64,000 nucleotides of DNA from a virus. The position numbers were made by a program, and so were the translations under genes. The stretch is taken from positions 32,001 to 96,000 of the IMG/VR virus record IMGVR_UViG_3300018080_000003; one strand, 5' to 3'. The notes beneath the pieces were generated by a model. It made no database searches and had not been told where the DNA came from. It worked only from the letters and a program-made list of their open reading frames with translations. Below, piece by piece: positions 46,810 through 55,527 of the stretch (its first letter is position 1; every line of letters begins with the position of its first letter).

Positions 46810-47131
46810 GTCGCCAGCCCTCCGGGGTGTACTCGCGCTGGCGCCGCAACTCGAAGGTGCCGGCGGGGATGAGAAGCGACTCGTGCGTGTCGACGGGGCG
46901 GTGGTGCTCAAGCACGATGGGCGACTCGCACCGCAGGTAGCAGACCATGGGGTCCGCGGGCTCTCGCCATAGCTCGGCGTCCGATGGGATCGTGTGGTGG
47001 TGGCCCGTCTCACTGTGGGCCACTACGTGGTGGTCGCCGGTGGCATGGATGCGCTCTGCGGCCTCTGGGATGGTGTTGATGCGACGGATCAAGAGATCGC
47101 CCTGTGCAGCTTGGTTGTTGAACTTCATCAT
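46796..47131 (-). CDS. His-rich partner of DUF6745-like gene
   Basis: QGDLL..SETGHHH..H..G.FELRRQREY. Confidence 0.8.
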   Translation of the reverse strand: MMKFNNQAAQGDLLIRRINTIPEAAERIHATGDHHVVAHSETGHHHTIPSDAELWREPADPMVCYLRCESPIVLEHHRPVDTHESLLIPAGTFELRRQREYTPEGWRRVED

Positions 47132-47145
47132 GTTTCTTCTTCCTT

Positions 47146-47358
47146 TCATGGCTCCAGTTGTTCTGAGAACCTCGAAGGCTTGTAGAAGCCTTCGAGGATG
47201 CCGTCGATGACGGCCTTGAGGGTGTAGTAGGGCTCGTATGGCGTGGGTGTCTTCGCGAGGGAGACGACGGTTTCCTTGTCGATCTTGCTCACGTTCTCGG
47301 GCCAGAGGTCTTCATCGACGATTCTACGCGCCTTCTTCTGCCAGGCGGTTCCGCTCAT
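47146..47358 (-). CDS. Hypothetical protein
   Basis: Coupled ORF. Confidence 0.6.
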   Translation of the reverse strand: MSGTAWQKKARRIVDEDLWPENVSKIDKETVVSLAKTPTPYEPYYTLKAVIDGILEGFYKPSRFSEQLEP

Positions 47359-48044
47359 CGCAGGGGTCCTTTCCAGAGTCGGTGGGGAATGGCACCGCGT
47401 AGCTGTTTCGCGGTGAAAGGGTCGATGTTGTCTGTGTTTTCTCTCCTGGCGTAGAGCAGGGTGCCGTTCCAGCATTTGGTAATCTGCCACCAGTAGGTGC
47501 CGGAGAAGAACCACCTCGCGAATTCTCCGTCGGTTCGCTCCCACCAGGGGAGAAGGTCGTCCTCGTTGTCTTCTTCGGGGTCTTCTGGCTCTTCGCCCTC
47601 GATGTAGTAGCCGTCGTCGTGAAGCATCACGCGGGGGATGGGCATTTCCAGGCTTTGCCGATTGAACTTTTGTGTGACAGCTTCTCCAAGATCGATGTTG
47701 AGCGAGTCGGCGAGCAGTCCGAGGTAGATGGCGGTGTCGGCCAGCTCGAAGGCGAGCTTGGTTTTCAGATCGTCTGAGAGGATCGATTCGTCTGAGAGAC
47801 CACAGCGGTCCACGAGCCCAGAAGAGTTCTTGATGTCTTCCAGGTCGACTTCGAAGTCACCTCGGAGCACCTTCTTCAGCAGGTTGGCGAACTCTCCTAG
47901 CTCGCCCATCGTGGCGAGCGTCCAGCGCTCGGGTGTCCACTTGGCGTCAGGCTTCTGTGCGAGGCCGCCTCGGGCGTTGCGGAAGCGCTTGTTGCGCTTG
48001 CGTGAGGCTTCTTGGAGAGCCTTGAAGCTGAGGTCTTTTGACAT
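47355..48044 (-). CDS. MazG-like NTP pyrophosphohydrolase
   Basis: GELGEFANLLKK..ELAD..Y..LLA..KFN. Confidence 0.85.
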   Translation of the reverse strand: MSKDLSFKALQEASRKRNKRFRNARGGLAQKPDAKWTPERWTLATMGELGEFANLLKKVLRGDFEVDLEDIKNSSGLVDRCGLSDESILSDDLKTKLAFELADTAIYLGLLADSLNIDLGEAVTQKFNRQSLEMPIPRVMLHDDGYYIEGEEPEDPEEDNEDDLLPWWERTDGEFARWFFSGTYWWQITKCWNGTLLYARRENTDNIDPFTAKQLRGAIPHRLWKGPLR

Positions 48045-48068
48045 GCTGGGTGCTCTTTCTTGAAAGAT

Positions 48069-48171
48069 GGGCGCAGGGAGCCGAGGAGGACCGGGTGTCG
48101 ACACGCGCTGAGGCTTGGCTATCGCTCCAGCGACAGTCGACGATGAGGTCTTTCCTCGGCCCCCTTTGCCC
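48069..48171. ncRNA. Long imperfect rod hairpin
   Basis: gggc..gccgaggaggacc..gtcgac..gtcgac..ggtctttcctcggc..gccc nested pairing. Confidence 0.45.
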
Positions 48172-48218
48172 GAGGTATTAGGAGAACAAACAATGCAAAC
48201 AGCCGGAGATGACTGCGG

Positions 48219-48287
48219 AGGCTGGTTGAGGATTCGAACCTCGAAGAGGGGCGCGCTCTTCAGCTACTCTTCAGCCGGACGCCAGCC
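48219..48287 (-). ncRNA. tRNA-like element (atypical or pseudo-tRNA)
   Basis: GGCTGG/CCAGCC acceptor, GAGG-TTCGAAT-CCTC T arm, 6-bp stem with 7-nt loop, non-canonical D region. Confidence 0.55.
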
Positions 48288-48361
48288 AAGTGTGTCGAAG
48301 GGGCTGTTTCATGTTGGACTACGTGATGGGATCTCCCCACCCACCATGGCCCCTTCGGCAC

Positions 48362-48375
48362 GTAACTCATGTTAC
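48362..48375. promoter_or_regulatory. GTWAC-N4-GTWAC operator-like site
   Basis: GTAAC-tcat-GTTAC. Confidence 0.55.
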
Positions 48376-48878
48376 TGCAGGACGCCCTGCCGTTGCAACT
48401 CTTCGATGACTTTCTTCGCCATCCGCTTGGTGCGTCGCGAGCCGAGCATGCGCCTGAGCGCTGCTTCTTCCTTTTTGCCAGCAAGCTCGGGTGGCTCGTC
48501 GTCGTCGAAGGTGAACCAAGAGCCGATGTTTCCGTAGACGCTCTGCTCCGCTTTCTGGATGAAGCGGGTCGGGGCGTTCACTTCTGCGCCGACGCGCATG
48601 GTGACGACAGTCGCTCTGAGTTCGTTGAAGTCGCAGAACTGGTCGGATCGCTTCGCAAGCTCAGAAGAGATGTCTTTCTTACCTCCCGGTGGCTCGCTGA
48701 GACTCTCGCCGAGGCCGAGCCAGTGGCCCATCTCATGGGCGAGGAACTCCACCAGGTGCCAATTGGGCCAGTCACCCATCCGGTAGTGGGGTTTTTGCAT
48801 GCGGTGGTACTCGGCGATCTCCGTGACGGGCAACCACTCAGCAGCGAGCGCTTCGAGTCTCTCTTGGTTGATCTTCAT
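48372..48878 (-). CDS. HExxH putative metalloprotein
   Basis: FLAHEMGHW with downstream NE. Confidence 0.65.
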   Translation of the reverse strand: MKINQERLEALAAEWLPVTEIAEYHRMQKPHYRMGDWPNWHLVEFLAHEMGHWLGLGESLSEPPGGKKDISSELAKRSDQFCDFNELRATVVTMRVGAEVNAPTRFIQKAEQSVYGNIGSWFTFDDDEPPELAGKKEEAALRRMLGSRRTKRMAKKVIEELQRQGVLQ

Positions 48879-48886
48879 CTTCGGAC

Positions 48887-49213
48887 CTAGCTCTTTGGTG
48901 AGAGCGCCTCCATGTCGTCGAAGACCTTGAACAGCTCGTGGGCGCTTCTGGTGATCTTCTCTACATGACTCTGTCTCTCGTGGTACTCGGCTTGAACGAG
49001 CTTGAAGACGAAGGACCAGAGGTTGTCGAGGGCATCGGACGGGCTTTGGGACTCTCCTGAGGTCACGAGGAAGGTACCCTCCGGATCTCCCTCGTAGATT
49101 TCTCGCACCCGCGCATGCCAGCCTTTCTCGCCCTCGAATATTTCGAGCTGGAGAGGCTTTGAGAGGGCCAGACTGGCTGCTTTCAAGAGTAGCTCTACGC
49201 GTTGGTTGGTCAT
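48887..49213 (-). CDS. Hypothetical protein
   Basis: GAGGAG SD. Confidence 0.65.
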   Translation of the reverse strand: MTNQRVELLLKAASLALSKPLQLEIFEGEKGWHARVREIYEGDPEGTFLVTSGESQSPSDALDNLWSFVFKLVQAEYHERQSHVEKITRSAHELFKVFDDMEALSPKS

Positions 49214-49215
49214 GA

Positions 49216-49584
49216 TCAGGGCTCCTCTCCTTCGGGACCGAAGAACTGTGCGATGGCGCGCGCCCTGCCCCCGGTGAACATGTCGGCGGTCTGCTCGGCG
49301 GTGAGACCGAGGCGGATGAGGCATTTGCCGGTCTTCTTGCTTCGGATCTCGAAGAAGTAGCAGCCGTTGCCCTTCTGCAAGCGCACGACGGCGTCTTGGA
49401 CGGGCTTGAACCGAACGAGCTTCTCCTCGTCGTACGAGGGCATGTCGTCGTAGTCGAACTCGCTGAAGCTGGGCGGCTCGGTTCCGAGCCCGATGCGGGT
49501 CTGGTTGAGTGCCTGGCGTTGCTCCTTGGTGGGGAAGCCGGCGAGGGTCTTGTCGAATTTGTCTTCCATGATGTTGGTGCTCAT
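49216..49584 (-). CDS. Hypothetical protein
   Basis: Coupled ORF. Confidence 0.65.
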   Translation of the reverse strand: MSTNIMEDKFDKTLAGFPTKEQRQALNQTRIGLGTEPPSFSEFDYDDMPSYDEEKLVRFKPVQDAVVRLQKGNGCYFFEIRSKKTGKCLIRLGLTAEQTADMFTGGRARAIAQFFGPEGEEP

Positions 49585-49997
49585 TGGTTTTGGATCTCCT
49601 CGCGGAGCTTCAGCAGTTGCGCTTGGGCTACTTCAAGCCTTTCTCGCAGAACTTCGTTGTACTGTTTGGTCTTCTCGATGGCGTACTTCAGCGCTTGGGT
49701 GCGCGTGTAGAAGAGCCTGGACACCTCAGGCTTGTTGAGGCGCCTTTGAATCCACTTCGTGGTCGTACGCCCTGTAGGGCAGTTGTTCTCTGACACCATC
49801 CAGTCGTCGATCAGGTCGGCTCCAGCGCGGCCGGTGTCGTGGGGCGCGTACTCAGCCCACGTGCAGTGCTCGTAGTAGGTGTAGGTATTCTCGAAGACGT
49901 GGTACTTGTCGGAGTAGAAGGAGACGTGAAACAGCGTGAAGCTGTCTCGGTCTTGTGGGTCTTCGAGGATCTTTTTGATCTCTTCTTCTGAGGTCAT
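49581..49997 (-). CDS. Hypothetical protein
   Basis: Coupled ORF. Confidence 0.65.
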   Translation of the reverse strand: MTSEEEIKKILEDPQDRDSFTLFHVSFYSDKYHVFENTYTYYEHCTWAEYAPHDTGRAGADLIDDWMVSENNCPTGRTTTKWIQRRLNKPEVSRLFYTRTQALKYAIEKTKQYNEVLRERLEVAQAQLLKLREEIQNQ

Positions 49998-51190
49998 GCC
50001 GTCCACCCGAACAGGTCGCTGTCATCGTCGAGCGTGCCGTGGTCGGGCTCAGCGTCCTGGCCCACGGGGCCAGAGGGCGGAGCGCTCACGGGCGGAAGCT
50101 CGTCGACCGAGGGCGGCGGAGGCGGAGCCTCCGAAGCGGGCGGCGGGGAGGCGTCCGAAGTGCGCGTCTCCGCGGCGGGCTCCGGCTCCTCCTCGTCGAG
50201 GAAGTCGACCACCTGACCCTGGAGCAGCGAGCGGAAGTGCCGCTGGTAAAGCTCCTGGGTCTCCTGAAGGGGCGTCATGACGCTCGCCTCGATGACCTCC
50301 TTGTAGAGGGAGAGCTTGTTGCCGAGCTGCTGCATGTTCTCCAGCTGGCGCTTGATGTAGCCCTCGCGGCTCTTGGGCTTGCCCTTGGCGGTGAGCGAGG
50401 GGCTCTTGGCCTCTTCGATCTCACGCTGCAGGCGCTCCTTCATCTCGGCCAGCTCCTCGGTGAGCTTGCGCTTGCCGGCGTCCTGCATGACGGCCACGTC
50501 GTGGGCGGCGCCCATCGTGGTCTTCGGGTCGCGCAGGTAGTAGATGCCGAGCCGGACCCGGCACTCGTCCATGAAGGCGTGGAGCGCAGGGGCGTTGTGG
50601 TGGATGATGTAGTAGTTGTTGCCACCACCGAGGCTCTTGCTGCCTCCGGCCTGCTCGACGGCAGCGCGGAGCGCTTTGCCCAGCTGGCTCGCATCCATGT
50701 TCTCCAGCAGGGAGTTGGCCTGTTGGGCGATGTCTTCGGCACGCTTGCGCGCCTCCTCATCGGGGAAGGTGCTCTGCCCCTCGGGCGGGAATGCGCGGGC
50801 CTGGACGATGGTGTTGCCGTCCTCGTCGAGGCCCAGGTTGCCGATGCGCACGCGGGCGAGGCAGGTGTACTCGTCGCCCGATTCGTCATCGCCGGTGACC
50901 TCGGTCACGTGGATGGCCATGGGCGTGTCTGGGTTGGGGTGCACGAATTCGCGCACCAGGTAGCCCTTGGGGTTGCGCCCTCGCCGCGACGCGGCCTTCA
51001 GGGCGCTGTCGGGCTTGGGCGGTCGCTCGACGAGCGAAGCGAAGCCGTGCTCCTGGAACACCTTGAGGGCGTCGCGGCGCGGGACGTAGACGCCCGTCAC
51101 GGCGAACTCGATGCGGTCGCCGAGCCAGGTCGCGCCGTGCTTCTCGCAGCGCTTGCGGGTCTCTTTGATGGTCTCTGATTCGATGGTCAT
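49994..51190 (-). CDS. Hypothetical protein, DUF6744-like (tentative)
   Basis: 398 aa, strong codon bias, coiled coil and acidic Pro tail. Confidence 0.7.
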   Translation of the reverse strand: MTIESETIKETRKRCEKHGATWLGDRIEFAVTGVYVPRRDALKVFQEHGFASLVERPPKPDSALKAASRRGRNPKGYLVREFVHPNPDTPMAIHVTEVTGDDESGDEYTCLARVRIGNLGLDEDGNTIVQARAFPPEGQSTFPDEEARKRAEDIAQQANSLLENMDASQLGKALRAAVEQAGGSKSLGGGNNYYIIHHNAPALHAFMDECRVRLGIYYLRDPKTTMGAAHDVAVMQDAGKRKLTEELAEMKERLQREIEEAKSPSLTAKGKPKSREGYIKRQLENMQQLGNKLSLYKEVIEASVMTPLQETQELYQRHFRSLLQGQVVDFLDEEEPEPAAETRTSDASPPPASEAPPPPPSVDELPPVSAPPSGPVGQDAEPDHGTLDDDSDLFGWTA

Positions 51191-51417
51191 CAGTAGTCTC
51201 CGTCACAGAGCACGATGGCTCGCTTGTTGGCGTAGTGGTCGGTGCTGTCGTAGACCTCGTGGAGGTCGCTGGCCTTCAGATCGGATCCGTCGAGCTGCTG
51301 TTCCTTCAGCTCTTTCTTCAAGATCGCTTTCGCCTCGACGCGAGACTCGGCGAGCACGATGGCGGCGGTGCCCGTAGGCTGACGGCCTGTGAATGCTGTG
51401 CAGGTGTAGATCTTCAT
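51190..51417 (-). CDS. Hypothetical protein
   Basis: AAGGAG SD, ends LCDGDY. Confidence 0.7.
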   Translation of the reverse strand: MKIYTCTAFTGRQPTGTAAIVLAESRVEAKAILKKELKEQQLDGSDLKASDLHEVYDSTDHYANKRAIVLCDGDY

Positions 51418-51620
51418 GGTTGTTCTCCTTCTTCTTGCTCCCAGTAGGGATCGGGTTGCTCGGGTGCGCCGTACTCCTTGAGCGCACGCTGGGCCAGCCA
51501 TCGGATAGCCTTCAGGCTCTCGGCAGGGTTCTGCGTTGTCTCAGTGGCGACCAGGATGCCGCGCATGTACTCGGTCAGCGCGATCGCCTGCTCGCAGTTG
51601 CAAAGCTCGTCGGTTGCCAT
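51414..51620 (-). CDS. Hypothetical protein
   Basis: GAGG SD. Confidence 0.6.
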   Translation of the reverse strand: MATDELCNCEQAIALTEYMRGILVATETTQNPAESLKAIRWLAQRALKEYGAPEQPDPYWEQEEGEQP

Positions 51621-51621
51621 G

Positions 51622-51969
51622 TCAGTTGTCCTCGTTGATGACTTTGATGGCCTCGGTCTCGCTACCGTTCCACTCGGTGCGGATGCCAAACTTGCTGAGA
51701 GTTCGAACGACGGTGCTCGCGATGTCTTTGGCTTCGAAGGGAACGCCAGGCGTCTTGCCGTAGTAGAGGTGGAAGTTGTGTCCTTCTGCTTTTCGCTCTC
51801 CCTCTTGCTGGTGGAAGAACACGTACCCGATGCCATCGCGCTTCCCCTCTTCGAGGTCACGTTCCAGCTTGGACAGAGCGCAGCTCTGGCAGCAGCTGTA
51901 GTTTTGTAGCGCGATGATCTGCTTTCGTCGCAGCGCCTTGAAGGCGCGGGTCAGTCTCGTGCTTGTCAT
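51622..51969 (-). CDS. DUF6891-like protein
   Basis: AFKAL...IIA.QNYSCCQSC..GYVFFHQQ. Confidence 0.7.
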   Translation of the reverse strand: MTSTRLTRAFKALRRKQIIALQNYSCCQSCALSKLERDLEEGKRDGIGYVFFHQQEGERKAEGHNFHLYYGKTPGVPFEAKDIASTVVRTLSKFGIRTEWNGSETEAIKVINEDN

Positions 51970-52080
51970 GCTTGTTCCCTTTCTTCTTCGCGTCTTGAAT
52001 CGAGGCTCGTCCTCCAGGATTGGAGAGGAGGACAGGTCGCACAGAAGACGAGCCCCGATTCGAGGCGCGAAGCCTCTGGT

Positions 52081-52110
52081 ATTGTTCGTTACCGCTGTTA
52101 CTAGTGTCAA
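52081..52110 (-). promoter_or_regulatory. Sigma70-like promoter with operator in spacer
   Basis: TTGACA-18-AACAAT on minus strand. GTTAC-cgct-GTTAC at 52088-52101. Confidence 0.6.
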
Positions 52111-52301
52111 GCGAAAGATGATCAGCTTGAAACCTTCACCCACTGGACGCCCAGCTGTCTGGCTGCTTCGACGTCGCAGTTCTTGTCTCGGTAGATCCCT
52201 TCTGGGTCCAGACTGGAGGGCTCAACTGGGTCTCCCGGGAAGAAGGTCCAGACGCTCAGGTCCTCCTCGTTTTCTTCGTCTTCTGGACGCGGGCGTAGTG
52301 C

Positions 52302-52466
52302 TCATGCCCAGTGCGTGGAAGCCAGTGGAAACAGCGCTTTCACTTCTTTTAGGCGTTCGCCCCTGTAGTGGAACTTCTCAGACAGTCTCTTAGGTCCCCA
52401 GAACCATCGAGCCTGAAAGCTGTTCCAGCATAGGTAGTTTCCTCCGATCGACAAGATCACCATCAT
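52302..52466 (-). CDS. Hypothetical protein (possibly interrupted longer gene)
   Basis: GAGGAGG SD-like sequence. Frame stays open to 52122 after the TGA. Confidence 0.45.
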   Translation of the reverse strand: MMVILSIGGNYLCWNSFQARWFWGPKRLSEKFHYRGERLKEVKALFPLASTHWA

Positions 52467-52577
52467 CCCTCCTCGGAAGTCCCCGAGCCTTGCGGCTGAG
52501 GCCCAGAAGGCAGAACAGCGCCCTTCGGGGCGCCGCGCTGCGTGGCTCATGCGTTCACGTGCTCTAGCGTTCGCGGC

Positions 52578-53429
52578 TCACTTGACGTCCTCCGCGGTCA
52601 CGGGGCCCTGGTCCTCGGTCAGGCCGCGCGGGAACATGCTCCGCCGCGTGGGCGGTTGCATCTCGGCGGCGACCTTGGGTAGGTGCTCCTTGGCGGCTGC
52701 GACGCTCCGCGGGTCGGGCTCGTAGTTGTCCTGGAACTCGAAGCCCAGCTGCCCGTCGCCCAGCTCGTTGAGTAGCTGGACGGCTTGCTCTTCGACCTCC
52801 GCCTTGAACTCGGCTTCGAGGGCGGCGAGTCGCTGCGACCAGCGCACGGCTTTCTTGGCCCGCTCGCGAATCACGTTCGCGTACTGGCTGCAGATGACGT
52901 TGCCGATGCGAGCACGCTCCTCGGCGGCCATCAGATCGGCGACCTTGGCGAGGGCGTTCTCGATGTAGCGGGGTAGGTCTTGGTCGATGCCATCGTCGAG
53001 GAAAGCGGCGTTCGCCTCTTCTTCGGAGATGATCTGACTGGGCTTGTCTGCTTTGAATCGTCGGTCGGCGAAGAAAGTCACCTGACGTCCGTAGCCAAAG
53101 CCAGCGCTGGACTCGTCTTTGCGACTGTCGTTCCACCGACTGCTGAATTCTCCTGAGTACTTCTTGCCGTGCTCCTCTTCGAGCTGACGCTCAACGTCGA
53201 GCTTGATGAACCACCAGCCACTGACGTGGCGGTCTTCTTCGTGCTCCACTCGGAAGTACTCGATCGCTCGGTACTTCTCGTCGGTCATGTACACGTCGAT
53301 GGCTATCGAAGCATGCCGGTAGTAGAGCTTGTCCTTCCGGTTGTCCTTCGTGTGGGTGTTCCACCGATCGTCGGTGAAAACGTAGTCTGGCTTGTTGGCC
53401 ATCTCTTGCTTCTCTTGCTGCTGTTCCAT
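52578..53429 (-). CDS. Early hypothetical protein
   Basis: AAGGAGGACAAC leader. Confidence 0.8.
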   Translation of the reverse strand: MEQQQEKQEMANKPDYVFTDDRWNTHTKDNRKDKLYYRHASIAIDVYMTDEKYRAIEYFRVEHEEDRHVSGWWFIKLDVERQLEEEHGKKYSGEFSSRWNDSRKDESSAGFGYGRQVTFFADRRFKADKPSQIISEEEANAAFLDDGIDQDLPRYIENALAKVADLMAAEERARIGNVICSQYANVIRERAKKAVRWSQRLAALEAEFKAEVEEQAVQLLNELGDGQLGFEFQDNYEPDPRSVAAAKEHLPKVAAEMQPPTRRSMFPRGLTEDQGPVTAEDVK

Positions 53430-53506
53430 GTTGTCCTCCTTTGGTTCACGAATCGTCACCGAGCACGGTCCCGAAGGACCGAGCCCGAGAACGCGCCGTG
53501 AAGCGC

Positions 53507-53812
53507 TCAGAATGCGACCGTGACGACTTCGCCCCGCTTCGTGCGGGCCGAGCGGTAGCCGTGGGGCCGCTCGATGCCGAGGGCGACCCGCGCCGTCTGC
53601 GCGGCGCCCACGGCCGCGGCGCCCCGGGTCCCGAACGAAGCCCTGAGGCTGAGGTCCAGCAGCTCGTCGTGGTAGTAGACCAGTCTGGTTTCGACCCAGC
53701 GCCCGGGGCTGTCTGGGTCCTCGCTTACGGCCAGGAAGTACTTGATCCCAGACGGCTGCGCGATGACGGCGACGTTGCCTGACTTGTCGCTGATGAGTCT
53801 GCACTCATTCAT
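53507..53812 (-). CDS. Early hypothetical protein
   Basis: AGGA SD. Confidence 0.65.
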   Translation of the reverse strand: MNECRLISDKSGNVAVIAQPSGIKYFLAVSEDPDSPGRWVETRLVYYHDELLDLSLRASFGTRGAAAVGAAQTARVALGIERPHGYRSARTKRGEVVTVAF

Positions 53813-53821
53813 GGCTGTCTC

Positions 53822-54130
53822 CTACAGGCTGTAGGCCTGGTACTTGGTTGACGTCCCCCGCATCGCGCCAAAGCTCGATCCGGTCCGCCCGAGACGGGCG
53901 GCGATGACGAAGCGCCGGGTGTCGGGGCAGACCTCGGCTTGCTCGACGATCGTGCCCTCGACCACGTCCTCCTCGGGCTCGAATCCCATGCGGATGGCGT
54001 AGTCGCGATCGAACTTGGCGTGCCGCTCGCACAGCACGTCAAACGATCCGTAGCGGTGCGAGAGCGCTGCTGCCACGCGGACAGCGTTGTCGCTGTACTC
54101 GCGCGGCATCCCTTGCTTGTAGTAGTTCAT
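53822..54130 (-). CDS. Early hypothetical protein
   Basis: Follows leader repeat. Confidence 0.75.
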   Translation of the reverse strand: MNYYKQGMPREYSDNAVRVAAALSHRYGSFDVLCERHAKFDRDYAIRMGFEPEEDVVEGTIVEQAEVCPDTRRFVIAARLGRTGSSFGAMRGTSTKYQAYSL

Positions 54131-54197
54131 GGTTGTTGTCCTCCTCTCAGCTCGCGTACGCGTGCACGCGAGCTGAGAGAAGGGCAGCAAGCTGCCC
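54131..54197 (-). repeat. Two-hairpin leader repeat copy 1
   Basis: GGGCAGCTTGCTGCCC, long stem, GGAGGACAACAACC. Confidence 0.9.
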
Positions 54198-54204
54198 CTG
54201 CCCG

Positions 54205-54249
54205 TCATTCCCAGACGGGCATGTCGTTTTCATCCCAGTGCCAGTCCAT
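54205..54249 (-). CDS. 14-aa micropeptide MDWHWDENDMPVWE
   Basis: AGGAGG SD, fills gap exactly. Confidence 0.5.
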   Translation of the reverse strand: MDWHWDENDMPVWE

Positions 54250-54258
54250 GGTCTCCTC

Positions 54259-54648
54259 CTAGAAATTGAAGTCGTAGTACTCGCTGCGCTTGCCGAGCAC
54301 CACGGTTCCCCCGCGTTGCTTGGTCGGCGTGCCTACGTGCTTGTAGATGTAGCCCTCGGCGTTCGGCCGCTTGCGGCGCGTGACGACCAGACGCTCACCG
54401 TCCGGGTTGCGTTCGTAGCGGTACCGCTGCGTGCCACTGGTGTGGCCCGCGAAACCTCCCGGACTGAACTGCAGCGCATCGGGCTCTCCCGAGCCATGTC
54501 CGTTCAGCAGGATGGCGCGGTCGCGCTGGAGCACGAGCTTGCGCCCGTTCTCCTTCACCTCGATGACAGTGAATGCCTGGCGATCGCTGTAGCAGTACAG
54601 CGTCGCGCCCATGCCGACCTCTGGTCGGACTTCCGTTTCGGTGTTCAT
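54259..54648 (-). CDS. Early hypothetical phage protein
   Basis: VGMGAT...SDR..TVIEV; YYDFNF. Confidence 0.8.
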   Translation of the reverse strand: MNTETEVRPEVGMGATLYCYSDRQAFTVIEVKENGRKLVLQRDRAILLNGHGSGEPDALQFSPGGFAGHTSGTQRYRYERNPDGERLVVTRRKRPNAEGYIYKHVGTPTKQRGGTVVLGKRSEYYDFNF

Positions 54649-54713
54649 GTTGTTGTCCTCCTCTCTAGGCACATGTCGTGCATGTGCCCAGAGACGAGGG
54701 CAGCAAGCTGCCC
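54649..54713 (-). repeat. Two-hairpin leader repeat copy 2
   Basis: Identical (inverted) to 57527-57591. Confidence 0.95.
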
Positions 54714-54719
54714 CGCGGC

Positions 54720-55454
54720 TCAGTGAGCCGCAATCCAAACCGACTTGGCCCCCGACGCGTTGCCGCGGCAGAGCCCGCAGGTGGCGCACGTAGCGCGACC
54801 CGAGACCGCCGGACAAGACACCTCACCCTTGGCCGGAGCCGCATCGCGGTCCTCGTCAGCCCGGAAGTAGCGCCAGCCCGCGGCCCGCGCCTCGGTCGCA
54901 TCCGCCGGACTGTCGCAGCTGGCCATGAGCCATGCCGCAAGCTCCGGGCGCGAACGCCACGAGTGAGTGTAGCCGGTCCAAGAACCCGCCGCGTCGGCCA
55001 GCTCCGCTACCAGCTCCACTGGCAGCGCAGCCGGGTCACCGTACGCCCCAAAGCGAAGCGCCTTACCGCGCAGACGCGACAGCGCCCGAACCTTGTTGGT
55101 CCCGCGGCTGTAGGTCGACGCCCACACGCTACGTGGCGCCTGAAAGGCGCGCTTGGCGACGTAGCACATGGTGAGACCGTTCTCCCGGGCCACCGAAGGG
55201 CGCCGAGGACAGTCGCCGCAGATCGCAGCGTCCTCGCCCGTTTTGATCGCCTCATGCGGCGCGACGTCGGCAGGAAGGATCCACAGCTGGACCATGTGGC
55301 CCGTCTTAGTATTCTTGCTGTCGGCGTCGAGACCCGTCAGGACCGCGACGATCGGCTCGCCGTTGAGCCGCGACGGTCCGCGCCAGATCACCTCAGACCG
55401 AGGCGTCCGCTTTCGGATCACGTCGCGCTTGGCGCGAATGTTGATCAATTGCAT
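54720..55454 (-). CDS. Cys-rich GP88/radical-SAM-like phage protein (tentative)
   Basis: N.KTG, ICGDCP..CYV, RFGAYGD, GYTH, CP..CATCGLC. Confidence 0.65.
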   Translation of the reverse strand: MQLINIRAKRDVIRKRTPRSEVIWRGPSRLNGEPIVAVLTGLDADSKNTKTGHMVQLWILPADVAPHEAIKTGEDAAICGDCPRRPSVARENGLTMCYVAKRAFQAPRSVWASTYSRGTNKVRALSRLRGKALRFGAYGDPAALPVELVAELADAAGSWTGYTHSWRSRPELAAWLMASCDSPADATEARAAGWRYFRADEDRDAAPAKGEVSCPAVSGRATCATCGLCRGNASGAKSVWIAAH

Positions 55455-55520
55455 GTTGTTGTCCTCCACTCTGCGCGCATGCGTCACATGCACGCAGAGG
55501 GGAGAGCAGCAAAGCTGCCC
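55455..55520 (-). repeat. Two-hairpin leader repeat copy 3
   Basis: Same architecture, compensatory changes. Confidence 0.9.
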
Positions 55521-55527
55521 AGACGGC

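Noticed and set aside
48193-48537. Plus-strand ORF with AGGAG SD across the structured RNA region
   Set aside because: Atypical composition, antisense overlap with the 48372 gene; the region is better explained by RNA structure, although not excluded.
48372-48878. HExxH protein as the virion maturation protease
   Set aside because: Small, lies among early accessory genes far from the structural block; no supporting evidence.
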